The position numbers and the translations under genes were made by a program. Under the pieces are notes generated by a model that saw only the letters and a list, made by a program, of their open reading frames with translations, did not search any database and was not told the DNA's origin. Positions 1 to 5,092 of a stretch of DNA of 34,184 nucleotides are shown in pieces. The first letter of the stretch is position 1, and each line of letters opens with the position of its first letter. The stretch is from Acidimicrobiia bacterium (GTDB lineage: Bacteria; Actinomycetota; Acidimicrobiia; Spongiisociales; JAENVV01), in NCBI GenBank assembly GCA_040883295.1, contig JBFLKR010000048.1, forward strand, positions 1 through 34,184, given 5' to 3'.

Positions 1-185
1 ACGTCGTAGAAGTCACCGCCGATGAGATCGGCCTTTGGGACGTACCGAACGGCGATGGCGACGTCATCCCCGAGGTCCAGGTCCGTCGGTACGAGCGCCG
101 CCTCCATGGCGTCCGCGATCGCACCGTCGCGCGAGGTGGCATCCGGCTTCGCCCGTGCCGGCGGGCTCCCCACATCGTCGAGCAT
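1..185 (-). CDS. PP2C/SpoIIE-family serine phosphatase (RsbU/RsbX-like), first 61 codons only; gene continues beyond the left edge
   Basis: Not in the ORF track because there is no stop inside the window. Own minus-strand translation from ATG 185-183: MLDDVGSPPARAKPDATSRDGAIADAMEAALVPTDLDLGDDVAIAVRYVPKADLIGGDFYDV. The L.P..L....A.RY.P....GGDFYD block is the first conserved motif of SpoIIE/PP2C phosphatases. An in-frame stop at 195-197 makes ATG 185 the first possible start. Confidence 0.55.
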   Translation of the reverse strand, partial: MLDDVGSPPARAKPDATSRDGAIADAMEAALVPTDLDLGDDVAIAVRYVPKADLIGGDFYD

Positions 186-209
186 GCAGAAAGCCTACGT
201 CGCGATCGC

Positions 210-228
210 CCGGCCGCGCAGCGGCCGG
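210..228 (-). terminator. GC hairpin downstream of dps
   Basis: CCGGCCGC (210-217) gca GCGGCCGG (221-228): perfect 8-bp stem with a 3-nt loop, about 27 nt past the dps stop. No U-tract. Confidence 0.35.
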
Positions 229-255
229 TCGATCACTCGGGGTCCGGGTGCGGGG

Positions 256-828
256 TCAGTCGCGCGGATCGGCCGTGGCCGCCTGGGCGGCGGCGTCGAG
301 CTCGTCCTCGGCGCCGGCGGTCGAGAGCTCCCCGGAGGTGTTGACCAAGTGGGCCCGGATGAACCACTGTTGGAGCTCGAGGACGCCGGTCTGGGCGATG
401 AGCACGTCCTCGGTGACGGGGTCCATCTCGGCGGTTTCGCCGATCGCGGCCCGATGATCGGCGAGGATGCCGTCGTAGACGAGGTCGAGCGCCCCGAGGT
501 GGGCTTCCACCACGGCCCGGCCGAGGGCGTAGTCGTCCCACCGGCGATGCTCGGTCAGGTGGCCCGGCAGGCCGTTGGGGATGCCGCCGAGCGTGGCGAT
601 GCGTTCGGCCACCTCGTCGGACATCCGACGCACGTCGGCCACGTGCTCGTCGAGCATCTCGTGGACGGCGATGAAGCCGGGCCCGACCACGTTCCAATGG
701 ACGTGCTTGAGCGTCAGGCCGAGATCGACGAGGGAGTTGAGGCGATCCTGGAGCAGGTCGCCGACCTTGGTCGCCGTCCCCTCGTCGAGGCCGGACGGCG
801 CATAGGCAGAGTCGGTTCGGTGTGTCAT
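256..828 (-). CDS. dps: Dps, DNA-binding ferritin-like protein from starved cells
   Basis: 190-aa ORF with the Dps/ferritin-like pattern LKHVHWNVVGPGFIAVHEMLDEH...DEVAERI (ferroxidase His/Asp/Glu ligands). ATG 828 lies 9 nt downstream of a GGGTAGG -10 box. Confidence 0.9.
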   Translation of the reverse strand: MTHRTDSAYAPSGLDEGTATKVGDLLQDRLNSLVDLGLTLKHVHWNVVGPGFIAVHEMLDEHVADVRRMSDEVAERIATLGGIPNGLPGHLTEHRRWDDYALGRAVVEAHLGALDLVYDGILADHRAAIGETAEMDPVTEDVLIAQTGVLELQQWFIRAHLVNTSGELSTAGAEDELDAAAQAATADPRD

Positions 829-837
829 GTCGGCCGC

Positions 838-864
838 CTACCCGTGGTTCCGCCGGTCCAAACC
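838..864 (-). promoter_or_regulatory. SigB/SigF-class promoter P1 for dps (GGTTT-N16-GGGTAGG)
   Basis: Minus strand reads GGTTT (864-860), 16-nt spacer (859-844), GGGTAG (843-838), then G. Nine nt (837-829) separate the -10 from ATG 828, implying a leaderless or near-leaderless mRNA. Confidence 0.7.
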
Positions 865-885
865 TGCACGGTCGCGCGAGCTGCG

Positions 886-912
886 GGTTTCCGTCGCCCG
901 AACGCCGGGTAG
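886..912 (+). promoter_or_regulatory. SigB/SigF-class promoter P2 for the 938-1504 gene
   Basis: GGTTT (886-890), 16-nt spacer (891-906), GGGTAG (907-912), then G. The -10 lies 25 nt upstream of ATG 938, with GGAG at 931-934. Confidence 0.7.
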
Positions 913-937
913 GTCGCGGCCGACCCACACGGAGCAG

Positions 938-1504
938 ATGATGTACGAACGCAGCCCCTCACCCGACACCCCGCCGGTCGACGACATCGATCGCCATCCC
1001 GGCACGCCCATGACGACCCTCGGCGAGGTCCGTCGAGACCACAACCTCGTCGCGGCCTACGAGGACGCCGGCCGCGCTCGTGAGGTGATCCTCGAACTCG
1101 AGCAGGGAGGGGTCCCACCCCGCGACATCTCGCTGCTCGGTGCCTGGCCGGTCGAGCGACCGTCCGACGAGCCCGAGCGACCGCGACTGCTCGGCCGTCG
1201 GGTTGCGATCGCCGCCGGCATCGGCGCCGTGGTCTTTGGCATCGTCGGCGGGATCGTGGCCGCGGTCACCGAGGTCATCCCCCTCGTCTTCGGAGCCCTC
1301 GCCGGCGCCGGGTTCGGCGCCCTGCTCGGGGTGCCCGTGGGCTGGATGCGTGGCACCGGCATGTCCGAGGCCTGGCAGGAGACCTTCTCCGCGGACGCCG
1401 AGGGCACCGTGGCGGTGGGCGTCCACGACGACGATGCCGGCGTCATCGACGACGCCGAGCCCGTCATGGCCGCCACGAATCCCAAGGCGATGAACCGCTT
1501 CTGA
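938..1504 (+). CDS. Stress-associated membrane protein (soluble N-terminal domain plus Gly-rich transmembrane segments), function unknown
   Basis: C-terminal 188 aa of ORF 827..1504. Start moved to ATG 938 (or 941) because promoter P2 lies inside the annotated 5' extension. Hydrophobic Gly-zipper stretch: VAIAAGIGAVVFGIVGGIVAAVTEVIPLVFGALAGAGFGALLGVPVGW. Resembles general-stress (YflT-like) membrane proteins, but only by eye. Confidence 0.6.
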   Translation: MMYERSPSPDTPPVDDIDRHPGTPMTTLGEVRRDHNLVAAYEDAGRAREVILELEQGGVPPRDISLLGAWPVERPSDEPERPRLLGRRVAIAAGIGAVVFGIVGGIVAAVTEVIPLVFGALAGAGFGALLGVPVGWMRGTGMSEAWQETFSADAEGTVAVGVHDDDAGVIDDAEPVMAATNPKAMNRF

Positions 1505-1518
1505 GTCCCCGCAGACGC

Positions 1519-1558
1519 ACGACGAAGGGCCCCGGGACGTCCCGGGGCCCTTCGTCGT
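1519..1558. terminator. Perfect 40-bp palindrome, candidate bidirectional terminator between convergent genes
   Basis: ACGACGAAGGGCCCCGGGAC|GTCCCGGGGCCCTTCGTCGT. It sits between the stop at 1504 (+) and the stop at 1575 (-). Confidence 0.6.
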
Positions 1559-1574
1559 CATGGGCTGGGAGGTG

Positions 1575-1793
1575 TCAGTCCTCGCGCCGGACCACGAGCC
1601 ACACGATCAGCGCGATCACGGTTGCCAGCACCGTGCTCGCCACGGCAATCGCCCGCGGATCACTCCGCCAGCGCTCGACGGCCTCGGCGGCCTCGGCGGC
1701 GTTGCCGACCGCCGCCTCGGCAGCGTCGAGGGCCCGATTCGCCCGATCGAGGCGCTCCTCGGTCTCCCGGAGTCGTTCTGCAGTGGTGGTCAT
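1575..1793 (-). CDS. Small tail-anchored coiled-coil membrane protein (72 aa), function unknown
   Basis: MTTTAERLRETEERLDRANRALDAAEAAVGNAAEAAEAVERWRSDPRAIAVASTVLATVIALIVWLVVRRED. ATG 1793 is preceded by AGAGGAG 7 nt upstream. The longer ORF-track version (to 1949) would cover promoter P3. Confidence 0.6.
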   Translation of the reverse strand: MTTTAERLRETEERLDRANRALDAAEAAVGNAAEAAEAVERWRSDPRAIAVASTVLATVIALIVWLVVRRED

Positions 1794-1821
1794 GGACACT
1801 CCTCTTTGGATCGTGATGGCC

Positions 1822-1848
1822 CTACCCACCGAGCCGATCCGCCAAACC
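1822..1848 (-). promoter_or_regulatory. SigB/SigF-class promoter P3 for the 1575-1793 gene
   Basis: Minus strand reads GGTTT (1848-1844), 16-nt spacer (1843-1828), GGGTAG (1827-1822), then G. 28 nt to ATG 1793, including the SD. Confidence 0.7.
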
Positions 1849-2038
1849 GGTTCCCGGTCGGCGACCGGGGAGCCAGATGACGGTGGCCCTTCGCCGCTCC
1901 CTGGAACCGCCCCTCCCGCCTGCCTCCTGCGTCGGCCGGCGGGGCCCATCCACCCTTTCGGGGGGATCTCCTTCTCGTTTCCGGCTGCCGACGTCGACTT
2001 GCTTCCGGGGGAGTTCCCCCTTCTCGGAGGCAGTTCGC

Positions 2039-3091
2039 TCAGTCGATCGTGTCGCGCAGGTGCGCGAGGATGCGGCGCAGGAGCCGTGACACGTGCATCT
2101 GGGAGATGCCGACCCGCTCGGCGATCTCCGACTGGGTCAGCTCGTCGACGAAGCGCAGGCGAAGGATCGTCCGCTCTCGCTCGGGCAGCCCCGCCAGCGC
2201 GGGCCCGAGGTCGCCCAGCTGCTCCACCAGCGCCAGGTCGTCGTGCTCGTCGGCGAGGGTCTCGCCGATGCCCGAGGGCGATGGCGACCCCGGTCGCGGC
2301 GCGTCGATCGATGCCGCGGTGTAGGCCGTGGTCGCCCCGATCGCCGCCACCACCTCGTCGACGTCCATGCCGACTTCCGTGGCCACCTCGGTCGGCGAGG
2401 GGGTGCGGCCGAGCCGTTGGGCGAGATCCTCGCGAGCCCGTCCGACCTCGAGGGCCCGTTCCTGGAGACCGCGGGGCACCCGCACCGACCAGGCGCGGTC
2501 GCGTAGGAGGCGCTTCATCTCGCCGGACACGGTGGCGGCGGCGAAGCGCTCGAAGCGACCGGCTTCGGGGTCGTACCGATCCAGGGCCCGGAGCACTGCG
2601 AGGACCGCCGCCTGCTCGAGGTCGGCGTCGGCGATGCCCTTGTGCCGGTAGTGGCGGGAGATGTCGATCGCCATCGGGGCGAGCCGCCGGACGACCTCGT
2701 CGCGCGCCTCGGAATCGGTGCTCACGATGGCGAGCAGCGAATCCGTCGACTGGTCGGCCAGCGCTGCCGATGCCGACCCGGGCATCCGCACGTCGAACCA
2801 GACGGAGCCAGCGTCGTGGCCCCAGCGCAACGCGAAGCGGTCGAGGACCTCGGCGGTCAGGTCATCGGGCACCTCACCTGGCTGGATCCACACCCGGTGG
2901 GCCGTCGCCACGTCCCCCACCTCCACACGAATGCCCTCGGGGCTGCCGGCCAGCACCGTGCGGCCGACGATCTCGGAGACCAGGAGGGCCGCTGCGGCGC
3001 CTCGGACGGGGTCGAGCTCCAACTCGGCGCCGAGCCAGGCCCTGGCGGCCCGGGGGGCGTCCCGGTCGGCCGCCAGCTCGAGCGCCCTCAC
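2039..3091 (-). CDS. SigB/SigF-family (group 3) sigma-70 factor with an N-terminal RsbW-like (HATPase_c_2-like) domain fused in frame
   Basis: aa ~130-350 carry regions 2-4: DLEQAAVLAVLRALDRYDPEAGRFERFAAATVSGEMKRLLRDRAWSVRVPR; LPERERTILRLRFVDELTQSEIAERVGISQMHVSRLLRR. aa 1-102 (nt 3091-2786) follow the RsbW pattern: ...PRAARAWL...LLVSEIVGRTV...IRVEV...LDRFALRWGHDAGSVWFDV. The GTG start at 3091 overlaps the upstream stop (GTGA). Confidence 0.85.
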   Translation of the reverse strand: MRALELAADRDAPRAARAWLGAELELDPVRGAAAALLVSEIVGRTVLAGSPEGIRVEVGDVATAHRVWIQPGEVPDDLTAEVLDRFALRWGHDAGSVWFDVRMPGSASAALADQSTDSLLAIVSTDSEARDEVVRRLAPMAIDISRHYRHKGIADADLEQAAVLAVLRALDRYDPEAGRFERFAAATVSGEMKRLLRDRAWSVRVPRGLQERALEVGRAREDLAQRLGRTPSPTEVATEVGMDVDEVVAAIGATTAYTAASIDAPRPGSPSPSGIGETLADEHDDLALVEQLGDLGPALAGLPERERTILRLRFVDELTQSEIAERVGISQMHVSRLLRRILAHLRDTID

Positions 3092-3411
3092 GGGCCACCG
3101 ACTCGGATGCGGAAACCACCCGGCGTCGATTCGACGCCCGCCACCGACGAGGCGATCCGCAGGACGATGTCGTCGGGCGTGGGTGGGCGCTCGCCAACGA
3201 TCTCCACCAGGTCGGCTTCGGGAACGGTGATCACCAGCCGGCCCCCGTCCTCCCGCACGAAGGCGGTGACGAGTTCGGAGACGGCGAGCCGTGCCGAGGC
3301 GATGTCATCCTCGGTTGCCTCCCGGGATCGCAGGACGCCGGAAACGAAGGCCCGGGCCACCACCACGCCATCATCGGTGGCATCGATCTCGAGTCGGGCC
3401 GGGCCGGTCAC
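3088..3411 (-). CDS. RsbW-like anti-sigma paralogue C, degenerate (N-box Asn replaced by Ala), 107 aa
   Basis: C-terminal part of ORF 3088..3708: VTGPARLEIDATDDGVVVARAFVSGVL...ARLAVSELVTAFV...RLVITV...GGFRIRV. GTG 3411-3409 overlaps the STAS stop 3410-3408 (GTGA). The Arg-rich upstream extension is not credible coding sequence. Confidence 0.6.
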   Translation of the reverse strand: MTGPARLEIDATDDGVVVARAFVSGVLRSREATEDDIASARLAVSELVTAFVREDGGRLVITVPEADLVEIVGERPPTPDDIVLRIASSVAGVESTPGGFRIRVGGP

Positions 3412-3743
3412 TCGTCGGGCAGCTCGTCCGGTTCGTCGACGACTGGGAGCCGATCCAGCACTCCGGCGACCTCCAGCACTCGACGCACCGGACCGGGACC
3501 GCACACGAGGCCGAGTGGTCGGCCGTCCTCGGCGAGGCGTCGTCGTGCCGTGAGGAGGGACCGGAGCCCACTCGAGTCCATGAACGAGACCGACCGCAGG
3601 TCGACCGCCACCGGACCTGCGTGGGCGTCGATGGCCGCGTCGAGCGCGCCGTCGAGCGACGGAGCCGAGGCGATGTCGATCTCGCCGCTCGCCGCCACGA
3701 GGTGCCACCCACGGTGGTCGGACGTCGTCAGATGGAGGAGCAT
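3408..3743 (-). CDS. STAS-domain anti-anti-sigma factor (RsbV/SpoIIAA-like)
   Basis: MLLHLTTSDHRGWHLVAASGEIDIASAPSL...VDLRSVSFMDSSGLRSLL...GLVCGPGPVRRVLEVAGV, with the conserved phosphorylatable Ser in DSSG. Start 3743 is preferred over 3764 because the intervening codons (ATA CGA TTG) are atypical for this GC3-rich sequence. Confidence 0.85.
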   Translation of the reverse strand: MLLHLTTSDHRGWHLVAASGEIDIASAPSLDGALDAAIDAHAGPVAVDLRSVSFMDSSGLRSLLTARRRLAEDGRPLGLVCGPGPVRRVLEVAGVLDRLPVVDEPDELPDE

Positions 3744-3770
3744 GAGGTGCGCCAATCGTATCATCGGCCC

Positions 3771-4115
3771 ATGCCAGGCCCGATCCGTCTCACGGTGCCG
3801 GCCGACCCCCGGTGGCTCGGCGTCATCGACCTGGTCGTCGGCGCCGCCCCCCGATTCGTCTACGACGAGGCGGGTGTCCTCGACGACCTCGCCATCGCGG
3901 TGGGCGAGGTGGCGGCCGAGGTGGGCGCCACGGCCGGTGTCGCGGAACTCGAGGTGACCGTGGACGACGACCGGGTGGAGATCGCCGGTCGCGGCACGGA
4001 TGTGGTCTGGGAGCCGGGACCGGTGTGGGAGCGGCTCGTGCCGGGCCTGGCCGAGGTGGGGTGGGACGTCGAACCCTCGGGGATCAGGGTCTGGCTGGCG
4101 CCACTGCCAGCTTGA
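3771..4115 (+). CDS. RsbW-like paralogue B, degenerate (N-box Asn replaced by Glu), 114 aa
   Basis: Part of ORF 3291..4115 from ATG 3771: MPGPIRLTVPADPRWLGVIDLVVGAAPRFV...LAIAVGEVAAEVG...ELEVTVDDDRVEI...GIRVWL. Third codon positions are strongly G/C, as in real genes here. Confidence 0.55.
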   Translation: MPGPIRLTVPADPRWLGVIDLVVGAAPRFVYDEAGVLDDLAIAVGEVAAEVGATAGVAELEVTVDDDRVEIAGRGTDVVWEPGPVWERLVPGLAEVGWDVEPSGIRVWLAPLPA

Positions 4116-4488
4116 ACCAGGCCCGGACGTGGCCGGTCGCGGCCTCGAGGCCCCACGCATCGGCGAGGCGATCGACCAGCAGCAGGCCGAAGCCGCCGGG
4201 ATGGTCGTCCTTGCTCGGGCCCCTGACGGGGGGGCCCGTCGCGACGACCTCGACCCGGCACGTGCCGTCCTCGCTGACGATCGCGAGCAGCAGGTCCTCG
4301 CCACCTTCGAGTCCACGGTGGCGGAGGACGTTGGTCACGATCTCCGACGTCAGGATCTCGGCGACCTCGGTGATCGACCCGTCCCCGAGATGCCCGCGCA
4401 CGGCCCGACGGGCGGCAGCGGGGGCCCGATCGTCCGCCGGCAGCGTGATGGCCTCGGTGGCCGATTCCGTGGTGCCCCGGTCGGTCAT
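4084..4488 (-). CDS. RsbW/SpoIIAB-type anti-sigma factor (HATPase_c_2), paralogue A
   Basis: 134 aa. N-box intact (SEIVTNVLRH). G2-like GGFGLLLVDRLADAWG. The G1 position reads VVATGPP (Asp missing). ATG 4488 overlaps the stop of the upstream gene (ATGA). Confidence 0.8.
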   Translation of the reverse strand: MTDRGTTESATEAITLPADDRAPAAARRAVRGHLGDGSITEVAEILTSEIVTNVLRHRGLEGGEDLLLAIVSEDGTCRVEVVATGPPVRGPSKDDHPGGFGLLLVDRLADAWGLEAATGHVRAWFKLAVAPARP

Positions 4489-4988
4489 GGGCGGTCACCG
4501 TACCCGGAGTCACCGTCGTCCTCGGTGCGGAAGGAGAACACGGGCAGCCAGAACCAGGCCCAGGTCGTGAAGCCGAGTACGGCCGCGGCGACCGCCGCGG
4601 CCGGGATCACGCCGAACAGCAGCGAGGTGACGAACCAGGCGACGGCGCCGATGGCGACGGCGGCCGCCACCGTTCCGGCCAGGGCCAGGTGCACCGCGAT
4701 TCGCACGTGGCCCAGGTGCTTGCGAGGTATCCCCGTCAGCGGTGCCCGGACCCGTTGGTGCACCGAGGGGGCGATGAGCAGCACCGAGGCGGCGCCGGCG
4801 GCGGCGAACGCGACGTAGTACGACGCCCGCTGGTCGGCCGTGGCCGTCGTGAACGGACTCGACAACGGGACCGTGAGGAGGAAGGCGAAGAGGACCATCA
4901 CCCCGGGGATCGTCGTTCGGAGCCCCTCGAGCAGGGCCCGGAATCGCTGGTCGATCCCGTCGTCGGTGACGTCGTCGGAGGATCGCAT
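4485..4988 (-). CDS. DUF6328-like integral membrane protein
   Basis: 167 aa. RALLEGLRTTIPGVMVLFAFLLTVPL plus further hydrophobic helices resembles the actinobacterial DUF6328 family (from memory, not searched). ATG 4988 lies 9 nt downstream of a GGGTAGG box. Confidence 0.55.
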   Translation of the reverse strand: MRSSDDVTDDGIDQRFRALLEGLRTTIPGVMVLFAFLLTVPLSSPFTTATADQRASYYVAFAAAGAASVLLIAPSVHQRVRAPLTGIPRKHLGHVRIAVHLALAGTVAAAVAIGAVAWFVTSLLFGVIPAAAVAAAVLGFTTWAWFWLPVFSFRTEDDGDSGYGDRP

Positions 4989-4997
4989 GACGAGCGC

Positions 4998-5024
4998 CTA
5001 CCCGGGCTCGCTGCTCGCCAAACC
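4998..5024 (-). promoter_or_regulatory. SigB/SigF-class promoter P4 for the DUF6328-rsbW operon
   Basis: Minus strand reads GGTTT (5024-5020), 16-nt spacer (5019-5004), GGGTAG (5003-4998), then G. Nine nt (4997-4989) to ATG 4988, the same geometry as P1. Confidence 0.7.
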
Positions 5025-5036
5025 GGTCCGGGGCCG

Positions 5037-5063
5037 GGTTTCGTGGGCCGCGTCTGCGGGTAG
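5037..5063 (+). promoter_or_regulatory. SigB/SigF-class promoter P5 for the ferredoxin gene
   Basis: GGTTT (5037-5041), 16-nt spacer (5042-5057), GGGTAG (5058-5063), then G. 29 nt to ATG 5093. Confidence 0.7.
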
Positions 5064-5092
5064 GTGTGGGGCCACCTATCGGGGACAACCAC

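Noticed and set aside
186-209. ACGTAG followed by 9 nt and the PP2C ATG, mimicking the GGGTAG-N9-ATG geometry of P1 and P4
   Set aside because: Only 4 of 6 positions match the -10. There is no GGTTT at the -35 position, and the dps hairpin occupies the spacer.
827-937. Upstream extension of ORF 827..1504, and similarly 1794..1949, 3412..3708, 3744..4316, 13856..14488 and 22085..22135
   Set aside because: The extensions would cover promoters P2 or P3, overlap neighbouring genes, or encode Arg-rich junk. Internal starts with SD sequences, or with stop/start coupling, fit better.
1861-2038. C-rich tracts on the plus strand of the 245-bp gap between the sigma gene and the 72-aa gene (considered as a 6C-like sRNA or small ORF)
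   Set aside because: I could not build the two hairpins with C-rich loops that define 6C RNA. ORFs here (1877..2089 and others) are short with implausible composition. The region is explained by a weak sigma-gene terminator (GGGGG-agtt-CCCCC, 2007-2020), the palindromes and P3.
1633-3957. 774-aa plus-strand ORF, with similar long ORFs at 22..912 (+), 2642..3553 (+) and 3812..4570 (+)
   Set aside because: They run antisense or out of frame to genes with clear family signatures. Their translations are Arg/Pro/Gly/Ser-rich low-complexity strings, typical of stop-poor shadow frames in about 70% GC DNA.
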